Shown: positions 20,085 to 28,772 of the stretch, piece by piece
How positions within the stretch are numbered: the stretch's first letter is position 1
How the letters are laid out: every line of letters begins with the position of its first letter
NCBI GenBank assembly: GCA_030603385.1
Contig: JAUVXW010000037.1
Coordinates: 1 to 43,076, forward strand
Reading direction: 5' to 3'
Source of the DNA: Promethearchaeota archaeon
GTDB taxonomy: Archaea; Asgardarchaeota; Lokiarchaeia; Sigyniarchaeales; SOKP01
Length of the DNA: 43,076 nucleotides
Made by a program: the position numbers and the translations under genes
The notes under the pieces: generated by a model
The model's input: the letters and a program-made list of their open reading frames with translations, nothing else
What the model was told of the DNA's origin: nothing
The model's database searches: none

Positions 20085-20370
20085 AATTTTTCTATCCCCT
20101 TTCTAATAAAGAAATAAAATTATTTTGTCTAAGGAATAATATTTAATTTGTCTTTACATAATTTAAAATGTTATGATTTAAGCTATTTTTAGTATTATTA
20201 GAACGTATTATTGGAGATATTATCTTGTGTAAATTTGAAAAAAGTAAAAAGAAGAGTAAGCCTAAATTATAGTATTTTGAGAACTAATTTACAGTTAAAG
20301 GTGAATCCATTAATTAAATATACTGTAATCTTAAAAAGAATAAAAAAAGTTAAAGAAACCAATTAATACA

Positions 20371-20562
20371 TTATTTTTCTCGCCACTCAACCCCGCATCT
20401 GCCACACCGGTACTTCTTTCCGTAAACTCTTGGGTAATCATTAATAATATTTGATTTATCTGTAGATTCATGAATCATATAATGGTTTTCTTCACTACAG
20501 CTTGGACATTTCCGGCGTCCATCAGTCTTCTCAATGGTTAACATACCATTTGGTTCTCCCAT
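20371..20562 (-). CDS. Small Zn-ribbon protein (TFIIS/Rpb9 C-ribbon-like spacing)
   Basis: CPSC...CGRC-GVEWRE, 63 aa. Confidence 0.7.
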   Translation of the reverse strand: MGEPNGMLTIEKTDGRRKCPSCSEENHYMIHESTDKSNIINDYPRVYGKKYRCGRCGVEWREK

Positions 20563-20704
20563 CTTATTTTCATCAACTCCAAAATATCGATTTTAAATAA
20601 AAATCTCATATTTTACAAAATATATCTTAAAATGTATTATATTGTTTTTATAACTTATCTCTTTTTTATCATGACTAAACAAAATAAAATGCTAGAAAAT
20701 AAGA

Positions 20705-21316
20705 TCAAAAATATTTTATTTTTTTATTACACTCCCGTACGAGTGTTTCTCCGTATATTCTTGCTTTTTCAAATAGTTCTTGACTAGAATATCGAAATCT
20801 GAAAATAAAATCGTTAAATATTTTCCTGTAAATTTCAACAACATCTCCCTTTTTATTGTAGATTTCATAACAGTATATTAAATTCAGATATTTTGTCATG
20901 TCTTCCAAACTATATCTACTTACCCTCATATTTTTTGAAGCTTTCTTTTTAAATATTTGAGAAATATCTATTCCTACGAGAATAGAAACACCTTGAAAAT
21001 AATAAGTATCGTTAAATTCTTCAATAATGTTTTTATAATACTGATAAATCGATTTCGTATCAGATTGGTCTATGGTGAGTATAATTGCATCTAGTTTCTC
21101 TATTTTATTAAAATTATTAATTATTTCTTCAAGATTTACAGCTAAAAATATCTTTACTCTAATTGGAATTTGTTTAAAAATAATGAAAAATTCTGAAAAT
21201 TCATCTGAAATCTTGGTATCTATTGCAAAATCTCTCAAGTTATCAAAAAATATATCTTTGTTATAATCCTTATTTCCAACAATTCCAATTCGCAAATTAT
21301 AGCTAATTTTTTTCAA
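20705..21316 (-). CDS. Degenerate Ras/Rab-like small GTPase-fold protein (pseudo-GTPase)
   Basis: Colinear with the Rab fold: LRIGIVGNKDYNKD (G1), VKIFLAVNLEE (G3 lost), DAIILTIDQSD..SI, ILVGIDIS (G4 lost) and CYEIYNKKGDVVEIY (G5 region). Confidence 0.7.
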   Translation of the reverse strand: MKKISYNLRIGIVGNKDYNKDIFFDNLRDFAIDTKISDEFSEFFIIFKQIPIRVKIFLAVNLEEIINNFNKIEKLDAIILTIDQSDTKSIYQYYKNIIEEFNDTYYFQGVSILVGIDISQIFKKKASKNMRVSRYSLEDMTKYLNLIYCYEIYNKKGDVVEIYRKIFNDFIFRFRYSSQELFEKARIYGETLVRECNKKIKYF

Positions 21317-21529
21317 CTGAATTCTTTCCGAAAAGAATTATTATAGTTCGTAATTTATAATTATTAATAAATCATTTTAAAGCAGTATTTTGATCTGTTA
21401 TTATCATCAGCATAAATCTACCTAATGTTAGTAATTTATTTATAATTAGTGTTTATGGTTTTAATTGGCATTATAGTAGCTGTTCTTATTCTAAATTATA
21501 AATAAAAAAAAGAGGTTTAGATAATTGGA

Positions 21530-22279
21530 TTATTCCAATGAAAGAATTTTTCTCATCCATTTAGGTAAAATAAAGCCGATGTAATAAGTTGTACTAGAAA
21601 TCAACATAAATGTCCTGAATATTATTAATGTTACTGGCGTTAAAGGGATAAATCCATCTCCAAATGCACCAATCGCAAATAAGTTGAATGAAATTATTAA
21701 GAACCTTCCCTTCCATTTAATTGCTGGATTATCTTTCACTTTAAGTGAGGCAATAGAGAAATCGTTCCCTGTAATAGTACTGATAAGCAGAGAAATTGCT
21801 AGAAACACAAAAATAAATCCTTTATAATCAATATCGACTGGATTTCTTTTAATACCGATAATGCCATCAGTAGGTGCGCCTGGAGCAAAAAAAACGAAAT
21901 AGAACAGATAGATATAAAATGCTATTGATAATAATATTATAACCAATGTTACAGGTTCTTTCTTTTTTGGGTGTAAAGTCGGCATATAAATTTGAAGCCA
22001 TGAATACAGGGCTATAGGCACTCCTATTGTTCCTAACAGAACGTAGACTTGATAGGCTATTTCTTGACGTGTGAACAGCCAGTATATATACCCAAAACCA
22101 CTAGGATACCATGGAGACATTGTAAAAATAATTGCTAAGAAGAAGTAAAATAACATTTTTTCTTTTGTCTTAATGTATTTAATGAGTACAATTACACCAT
22201 AAAACCAAGCAATAATAACGGCAATAAATCCAAAGATTCCAGATAATTGTGTTAAATCATCTAATGCTATAAAAATCAT
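21530..22279 (-). CDS. Stand-alone 7TM membrane protein, divergent subfamily
   Basis: Seven hydrophobic helices with KYIKTKEK, HPKKKE and IKWKGRFL cytoplasmic loops, and an SPWYP motif. Confidence 0.75.
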   Translation of the reverse strand: MIFIALDDLTQLSGIFGFIAVIIAWFYGVIVLIKYIKTKEKMLFYFFLAIIFTMSPWYPSGFGYIYWLFTRQEIAYQVYVLLGTIGVPIALYSWLQIYMPTLHPKKKEPVTLVIILLSIAFYIYLFYFVFFAPGAPTDGIIGIKRNPVDIDYKGFIFVFLAISLLISTITGNDFSIASLKVKDNPAIKWKGRFLIISFNLFAIGAFGDGFIPLTPVTLIIFRTFMLISSTTYYIGFILPKWMRKILSLE

Positions 22280-22547
22280 TATAATTACTATGGAAATTTA
22301 TGAATTTAAAATTTAATAATTTCTTATCATGTACTATTAAAAATTTAATAATATTACTAAAAAAACATATATACTTTATCACCATATGAAATTCTAACTA
22401 TCATTATCAATATAAATCAAAAATTAAGGAAGTTATAAAATTCCAAGACGTTATTATGCTAAATCTAAGAAAACTCATGCCAAAGATCAAGCTTTTACCC
22501 AAGATCAAGTAGGAGAAGAAAAATAACGTTATTTAATCAGTATAGAA

Positions 22548-22928
22548 TTGATGAGTTTGAAAACTTTAAAAGATTATGATATTTTAGGATGGCGTGGAGA
22601 ATTTTACTTTAAAGTAGATGGTCCTAAGGTTTTTAAGGCTAGATTTCCAAATAAAGGCACGATCAAATTGCAAAAAAACCAGGAATTCACTAGTCGTGCT
22701 GATATGTCACTTTGGAGTCAATTCAAAACTGTTCGAGTAGACAAACCCGCAGTAGAAAAAATAAAAGTGATTTTAAGGGAAATGGATCACCTGAAAAAGG
22801 ATGAAACTGTTGCTGAACAAGAATTTGAAATAAAATTGCCATCAAAAACCCAATACGTTATATTACAAGACGAGAAAGAAAATACTAAAGCTAAACTTCG
22901 AATTCAAGCAACAAGAACAAGATATTAA
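22548..22928 (+). CDS. C2-domain-like beta-sandwich protein. The frame extends upstream to ATT 22440 through an in-frame TAA at 22524.
   Basis: KDYDILGWRGEFYFKV and ILREMDHLKKDETVA resemble the two acidic loops of C2 domains. The first strand RYLISIEL precedes the track start. Confidence 0.6.
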   Translation: MMSLKTLKDYDILGWRGEFYFKVDGPKVFKARFPNKGTIKLQKNQEFTSRADMSLWSQFKTVRVDKPAVEKIKVILREMDHLKKDETVAEQEFEIKLPSKTQYVILQDEKENTKAKLRIQATRTRY

Positions 22929-22957
22929 AATATTTTTTTTAATTTTTATTTTTAATT

Positions 22958-23671
22958 TTACTTGAGTTTGTGGGTACAACTTACGCAGAATTTCCATGAA
23001 GATTCTACTTTACTACCACAATTGGGGCAATGGTTAACTGAGTCACTAGATATTAGCGAAGAATCAAGCATTTCTGCAAATTTTGTGGAAAAATTATGAA
23101 TTCGATCCCAATCACGAAAATCATTATATCCCTTCATATCAAATTCAATTCCAGTACGCTTCGACAGCACTTTTATCTTACGCCTTAAATCTTGTTTTGT
23201 TTCATATTTCATTTTCGAGGAACGTGAGAGATTTATAACTGGACCAAAAACTGCACAAATAGATGGCTTAAATCCATACCTTTCAATTAAGACTTGTTCA
23301 AAAAAAGCATCTGCTGGCTCAGGGCTAATAATAACGTGCAGATCAAAAGGATTACTCCTAAATACTCCTAGAAACTTATCCTTTTGGATAATCTCTTGAA
23401 TATTAATATTGAAAAAATTTCTTAGCTCTCTTTTTAAAGTGTGTTTACCATCTCCTTGAACGCCAAATGAGATAGTATTTCCCGAGCAAGAACCGGCTAA
23501 AATCCCATCATACTGTTCCATATATGGCCATTTATTCCTTCTTGTTTTTCTGAGATCCATAAGATCCACGGCTAATCCTTTTTCTTCTAAAGTTTTAGAG
23601 ATCTCTTGTGCGATCTCTGCTACATGCCCATATGTTGAAGAAAAAACAATTAAAACTCTTTTATTTGCCAT
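22958..23671 (-). CDS. Flavodoxin-domain (HemG/Flavodoxin_5-like) protein with a C-terminal Zn ribbon
   Basis: VLIVFSSTYGHVAEIA, YDGILAGS, DFRDWDRI and CPNCG...CVSC. Confidence 0.82.
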   Translation of the reverse strand: MANKRVLIVFSSTYGHVAEIAQEISKTLEEKGLAVDLMDLRKTRRNKWPYMEQYDGILAGSCSGNTISFGVQGDGKHTLKRELRNFFNINIQEIIQKDKFLGVFRSNPFDLHVIISPEPADAFFEQVLIERYGFKPSICAVFGPVINLSRSSKMKYETKQDLRRKIKVLSKRTGIEFDMKGYNDFRDWDRIHNFSTKFAEMLDSSLISSDSVNHCPNCGSKVESSWKFCVSCTHKLK

Positions 23672-23800
23672 ATTCCTTATTTTTCACCCTTTAATACATT
23701 AATCAATTCAAATTTTTATTTAATCTTTTTGAAAAAACATTATATATTTATGAGTTGAATAATATAATATAATTTAAGTTATCCACAATCACTATATTAA

Positions 23801-24619
23801 ATGAGTGAAATGTCATTAGTAACTTTTAGAGGTAGAGCTTATAGGGTAAAGAAGAATATCTTAACATTAAGAAACAAAAGAATAAATAGCATTGATGAGA
23901 TTGAAGGCCTTCTAAATATTCCATATTTAGCAAGTCTAGATCTCTCGAATAATAACATACGAGAAATAAAAGCGCTTGAAAACCTAACCAGTTTAGTAAG
24001 TTTGAATCTCTCCGGAAATGGTATTACCGAGATAAAAGGACTTGAAAACCTTACAAATTTGAATAGTTTGGATCTCTCTAGAAATGGTATTACTGAGATA
24101 AAAGGACTTGATACTCTTAAAAAGTTGCGTTTCTTAAATCTGAACATCAACAATATTGCTGAGATTAAGGGATTAGATAATTTACCTGAACTAATGGTCT
24201 TAAATCTTGAAAAAAATACTATTAGGGAATTAAAGGGTTTGGAAAATGTTCGCAAATTGAACGCTTTATATCTAGCAAATAATTTCATTACTGAAGTGAA
24301 AGGGATTCAACATCTACGAAATCTTAAGAGATTTGATATAGGTAAAGTTTCTAAAGTTCCACGAGATCAGATGAAACAAGTTCAAAGAGCTGGAATACAA
24401 ACAAAAGATCAGCGTTATTTTGAAAAAAGGACACAGTGGCAAATAATCGGGTATTTTATTGCGGTTATTATAACAGATTTAATCCTCTCAGCTTCACTAG
24501 TAGCTGGATTTCAAATGAGCGCGGATGCTCTTTTACCTGCGTTTGGCTTGTTGTTTTTCCCCTGTATGATCCTAGTTCCTTTTCTATATTGTTTTGGTAA
24601 AGCTTATTCAGGATATTAA
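23801..24619 (+). CDS. SDS22-like leucine-rich repeat protein with two C-terminal TM helices
   Basis: About 7 repeats of 22 aa (L..L.L..N.I.EIKGLEN) followed by two hydrophobic helices. Confidence 0.9.
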   Translation: MSEMSLVTFRGRAYRVKKNILTLRNKRINSIDEIEGLLNIPYLASLDLSNNNIREIKALENLTSLVSLNLSGNGITEIKGLENLTNLNSLDLSRNGITEIKGLDTLKKLRFLNLNINNIAEIKGLDNLPELMVLNLEKNTIRELKGLENVRKLNALYLANNFITEVKGIQHLRNLKRFDIGKVSKVPRDQMKQVQRAGIQTKDQRYFEKRTQWQIIGYFIAVIITDLILSASLVAGFQMSADALLPAFGLLFFPCMILVPFLYCFGKAYSGY

Positions 24620-24634
24620 ACATGAAACAGATTC

Positions 24635-25093
24635 TTACTCTTGATCATATTTCTTGATTTTAAATAAATTCCTCCATATTTTTTTTATATCTAAAATCTT
24701 TGCCAAATAGAAGCTTGTTAAGAGAATTATACTCATAAAGAATAATATTGTATATACAAGAAAAAAAACTCCTCCATATTGTGTATTAAACAGGGCAATC
24801 AACCCCCCAGAACTAAAAAAACAAATATCCATTAGAGAATTGATAACACTATCTCTCCTTTTTGCAAATTTAATCCCTTTATAATAAAAAATAGTATTTT
24901 CTAATGATTCCCAGATTATTGCTATAAAAGAAGTGTACATTAAACTAAAGATACCAAGAGGAATGCTGTACAGAATAAATAAAATTCCATTTAATACTAT
25001 AAAAATTAAATACCCAATAATTAGATGGGTGAAACTAAAAAAATCAATAGCTGTAATCCCAATATCGTCTTTATTTGTGGCTATCACTTTCAT
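24635..25093 (-). CDS. Small polytopic membrane protein (DUF2585-like, putative metal-binding)
   Basis: D.FSFTH...G, WE.LEN, DS..NSL.DI, 4 TM helices. Confidence 0.65.
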   Translation of the reverse strand: MKVIATNKDDIGITAIDFFSFTHLIIGYLIFIVLNGILFILYSIPLGIFSLMYTSFIAIIWESLENTIFYYKGIKFAKRRDSVINSLMDICFFSSGGLIALFNTQYGGVFFLVYTILFFMSIILLTSFYLAKILDIKKIWRNLFKIKKYDQE

Positions 25094-25140
25094 TTTTATA
25101 AATGTTATAAACTAGATTAACTTGAAACCTGTTATAAGTA

Positions 25141-26271
25141 TTATATCTTAAATTTTTCATATGCAGTATTGCAGGGATGATCATCAGTAACCCAAAATTC
25201 TCTCACTTGTGGAAGAACAATTATGGAACCAAGAGTACCTGCGGAAATTCCATGTGTACATATTGTAAAATCATCTGGTTCCCTATTATCATGATCACTT
25301 AAAATGGTTTTTATAGTATCCATCGTAATTTTCCCCTTCTTTTTTGCTAATAATTTAATTTCTCTTTCATATCGTCTTATTGGAGATTCTATAGGAGATA
25401 TATCCATATCATCCATTTTAAAGCGTATATGATCAGGTAAATTGGCGTCTTTAAGTTCTTCTGTTTGGTAGTGATTAGTGTGAGCTAAGATTCCATGTTC
25501 AGGCCTCCGAATTGCGTGCCGAGTACTTGTAGTCTCAATAACACATGTATCTCCAGAGATGTCCATAAGCCCATAATGGCATCCATTTGAGCGATCAGGG
25601 AATTTTGTTATAAAATTAATAGCTTCTTGAGTTGTCGCACAAGTTTCTAAGACTTCTTGTACGATAAAAGTACCAGGAACACCTTTCAACTTAAAATCGA
25701 GTGGTTCTTTTTTCCAAGAGCGACCATAATTATAACCAATTGCTAAACCTTCCTCATTTATTCCCATATGACTCCCTGTAAGTGGATATTGGGTAAAGTT
25801 TATATTTTTATATCCATCTTCAGGGCTTTCTTCGCGAACTACCTGAAATGGCTGAAGAACATTAGGAAAATCATAGTTTCTGCCAAAGATCATCGAATCA
25901 TCTGAAGTAGCTTCAGGAGTTGCAAAAATCATTGAGCATGCCTGAACTGGGGGATTTTTATAAATTGATTTTGGATCTCCTGACATGACTTCCAAAAAAT
26001 GAGCTCCGTATATAATATTTCTTCTTATATCAGCTGCTTTACCTACTGATATCATTTTTTCAAATTGACCTGGAAGGATTTGTTGTATTGACTTCTTTAA
26101 ATTCTTTTTACCCATAATACCTAAAGCAAGTTTGATTATTGAGAGGGGTATTAGTTTAGATGTCACTTCTGAAAACATTTTTGAATGAAAGACAATATCA
26201 AACATATTATGAATCTTATCCTTTAATAAATCTCCCTGTTGGAAGCCTCTTTCAGCAGGATTTCCCTGCAA
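25141..26271 (-). CDS. C45 family Ntn-hydrolase (acyl-CoA:6-APA acyltransferase-like). Possible CTG start at 26289.
   Basis: Autocleavage site A-CS, GRNYD, GINEEGL, HTNHY, R..R and LSDH...IC.H. Confidence 0.88.
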   Translation of the reverse strand: MQGNPAERGFQQGDLLKDKIHNMFDIVFHSKMFSEVTSKLIPLSIIKLALGIMGKKNLKKSIQQILPGQFEKMISVGKAADIRRNIIYGAHFLEVMSGDPKSIYKNPPVQACSMIFATPEATSDDSMIFGRNYDFPNVLQPFQVVREESPEDGYKNINFTQYPLTGSHMGINEEGLAIGYNYGRSWKKEPLDFKLKGVPGTFIVQEVLETCATTQEAINFITKFPDRSNGCHYGLMDISGDTCVIETTSTRHAIRRPEHGILAHTNHYQTEELKDANLPDHIRFKMDDMDISPIESPIRRYEREIKLLAKKKGKITMDTIKTILSDHDNREPDDFTICTHGISAGTLGSIIVLPQVREFWVTDDHPCNTAYEKFKI

Positions 26272-26291
26272 TTTAATAAAATCAACCAGTG

Positions 26292-27692
26292 TTATAACTT
26301 CCTCTCTTGCATTCTTAATAAAATAATCGCGATAACAACAATAGATAATGCTACAATAATTTGAATCACTCCAATTCCAGGAAGATCTTCTGCAAAAATA
26401 TCACCTAAAGCTAATGAAATCACTAAAGTAGCTAATTCAAACAAAGCAAGGTAATTAAGAATCGCTAAAAATTTATTTTCTATCGCTGAAGATTTAGTAT
26501 TGAGAGTATTCCTCTGCCTATTTAGAGTTTTTCTAATTCTCCCAATAACATCATCAGTTGCTTTTGAGAAAGTAAAACCATCTAATTTATCTATTTGCTC
26601 ATTGAACATGCTTGTTTTAAATGTACTAGTAAATAATAACCGAGTAATTTTTGATATGATTACGTCTTTATTTAATTCTAGAATAATTCTGTTTAATTCA
26701 GTCTCGAGTTTTTCAAGATTATCAATTTTATCTTTTAAAGTTAGATCTTCTTCCATAGCTCGGGTTTCTGAGATAATTCGATCAAATTTTTCAGCAACAA
26801 CTAAAATATTCTCCATATGCATTAAGATTAAAAATCTTTGCACATTTCCGACTTCTGGGCCATAAAGAGTATCTATTAAGAAATTTTTCATTGTATATGG
26901 ATCTAAAAGACCTGGTCCTGGGATAACTACATTTCCTGCATGGGTTATCATTACAAATTCGTCAGTATAAGGAGAAAGATTTTTAAGATTAATTTGATCT
27001 CTATAAGCTACAGGATCTAACTCGTGATACTTATCAGTTCGTAGAGTTAATCCGATTGAATACCGTGCATTCTTACCTATTTCCTGTCCAATAAATCTAT
27101 AATCAGATCTTTTAAAATCTGGTTTAGCATCCCATATGATCCAAGTATGATGCCAGGGTTCTAAACTAGATTCCAATTTAGCTTTATCTGGATATTCTGC
27201 TTTTTTCAATAGCTCTATAACATTATCTCTTATCTCTATAAATTTTTCTGTTATTGGTCTACCTGTACTTTGAAGTATCATATTCGAGGGTTGGGAAATT
27301 TCAATAAAATCTTCTATTTTATGATAATTGTCAAATATTAACTCACAGTGAATAACAAGTACAGAACCGTAATGAATGTGTCCTTCTAACCTTATTTTCC
27401 CTACTATATGTGGATCAGTAGAGCAAGAAAATCTATCTGATTCCCCTATTTTGAAGCAAACAGGAGCATAATTATGAGATTGACTTGAAATCCATTTTAA
27501 TGGTTGATCAACTTTGGTTCCATCTACCATTTCAATTTTAAATCGATAACCGTTGTATAATTTAAGAGATCCCTCCCTTTCTAAAAATTTTCTTACTTCC
27601 GGAAGTTCAAAATATAGCCCTAGCTCATAAAATTTCCAAAAAACAAGAGTTACCTTAAATGTATATTCTTCTTCTGAATCTGAATACGTCAT
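26292..27692 (-). CDS. Hypothetical membrane protein: alpha/beta N-domain, long helical stalk and two C-terminal TM helices
   Basis: 466-aa ORF with a coiled-coil region and two terminal hydrophobic helices. The layout is CorA-like but lacks the GMN motif. Confidence 0.7.
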   Translation of the reverse strand: MTYSDSEEEYTFKVTLVFWKFYELGLYFELPEVRKFLEREGSLKLYNGYRFKIEMVDGTKVDQPLKWISSQSHNYAPVCFKIGESDRFSCSTDPHIVGKIRLEGHIHYGSVLVIHCELIFDNYHKIEDFIEISQPSNMILQSTGRPITEKFIEIRDNVIELLKKAEYPDKAKLESSLEPWHHTWIIWDAKPDFKRSDYRFIGQEIGKNARYSIGLTLRTDKYHELDPVAYRDQINLKNLSPYTDEFVMITHAGNVVIPGPGLLDPYTMKNFLIDTLYGPEVGNVQRFLILMHMENILVVAEKFDRIISETRAMEEDLTLKDKIDNLEKLETELNRIILELNKDVIISKITRLLFTSTFKTSMFNEQIDKLDGFTFSKATDDVIGRIRKTLNRQRNTLNTKSSAIENKFLAILNYLALFELATLVISLALGDIFAEDLPGIGVIQIIVALSIVVIAIILLRMQERKL

Positions 27693-27770
27693 AAATATCC
27701 CTTAATAAGTTTAATATATACTATGTTTCTTAAATATAAAATAATCTCATTTTTTTTAAAAATGGACTCA

Positions 27771-27881
27771 TTATAGGGTTTCAACTGGTTTACCTGTGTC
27801 CTTATTTGTTTCTCCTAAATATCCTGCACCATGAGGAAGACCACCAATTCCAGGTTTAACCATAGGTGCATTGAATTTTCC
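27771..27881 (-). pseudogene. Short coding relic GKFNAPMVKPGIGGLPHGAGYLGETNKDTGKPVETL
   Basis: GC-richer, Gly-rich protein-like frame in an AT-rich intergenic region. Confidence 0.4.
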
Positions 27882-28002
27882 CTAAGAGGAATATATGGTT
27901 TAAAAGAATTTAGATAGATTATGAGAAATTTATACAGATGATTTCGAAAAAAAATATATTTTACTCGTGTATTCGACTTTCATGAATATACACACCTTCA
28001 TT

Positions 28003-28731
28003 TCAGGTCGGTTTGCTGATTATGCCATTTGGGGGTTCGAGTAACTCGATCCAGTTTCCACAAGGGTCTTCCACGAATGCAAGACGTACTGGACCAAATA
28101 TTCTGGGTGTAACTGGAAAATGGATGCCCTTCGCAGAAAGTTGGTTGAAGGTCCTGTCTAGATCATTGGTGTACCACCCTAAGTGATCAATAGGACGTTG
28201 AGCAGTTGAAAGAACGGGTGATGCCGCTTGGGTGAACAGGATTAGTATAGTGTCGTATTCGAGCGAGAGTCGGATCTCATCCCATTTCCAGGTTATACGT
28301 GTGCCACCCAAGTTGGATTCATACCAATTACGTAATTGCTCCGGCTCTGAAGAAGCGATATTAATATGGGTATAACCAATACGACAACTCTTGATTAGTT
28401 CGAATGGTATACCCCACGGATCCAGCACTCTAGCAGTATGACGCGTAATACCATCAATGGAACCCCCAGCAGATTGCCAATCAGCGACTGCCTCACTGAC
28501 GTCTAAAACCCCGATGCCGATGCTCTCAATACGTCCATCACTCGGTTCAGGAGCAACCCTAATGCTCTGAATCTGCAGTAGATTTGGGCCACAATACAGA
28601 TTTTCAGAGCGTTTTGTTGGCTGGGTTCGTTTTGCAGGTGAATGTTGCTCGTGCCATTTAGCAGCTGCTTCTCGATCGGTGAGTGTGATATGTACATGGT
28701 GCCAAGGTAGACTCTTCATGGTTTTATTCAA
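28003..28731 (-). CDS. Two-domain VOC/glyoxalase family protein (GC-rich, probably horizontally acquired)
   Basis: WHHVHI, DPWGIPFEL, THINI, IDHLGW and FVEDPCGNWIELLE. ATG at 28719 is an alternative start. Confidence 0.88.
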   Translation of the reverse strand: MNKTMKSLPWHHVHITLTDREAAAKWHEQHSPAKRTQPTKRSENLYCGPNLLQIQSIRVAPEPSDGRIESIGIGVLDVSEAVADWQSAGGSIDGITRHTARVLDPWGIPFELIKSCRIGYTHINIASSEPEQLRNWYESNLGGTRITWKWDEIRLSLEYDTILILFTQAASPVLSTAQRPIDHLGWYTNDLDRTFNQLSAKGIHFPVTPRIFGPVRLAFVEDPCGNWIELLEPPNGIISKPT

Positions 28732-28772
28732 TTTTTTAATTTTAGTAATTAGATTTAATATATCAAACCAAT

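Noticed and set aside
18516-22279. 7TM proteins as microbial rhodopsins or true GPCRs
   Set aside because: There is no retinal-binding Lys motif in helix 7 and no DRY/NPxxY motifs. Only the topology is shared.
7888-22526. TAA reassignment (alternative genetic code) suggested by two in-frame TAAs
   Set aside because: TAA is the normal stop of most intact genes in the window.
23990-24130. 66-bp DNA repeats as a CRISPR or other non-coding repeat array
   Set aside because: They are the coding LRR units and have no unique spacers.
23839-24288. 149-aa antisense ORF, and similar shadow ORFs (e.g. 38679..39152, 26500..26865, 18126..18419, 14847..15116, 32244..32525)
   Set aside because: They lie antisense to or inside well-supported genes and have no motifs. 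They are by-products of codon bias and repeats.
26292-27692. Calling the gene corA
   Set aside because: The GMN signature is absent, so the similarity is architectural only.
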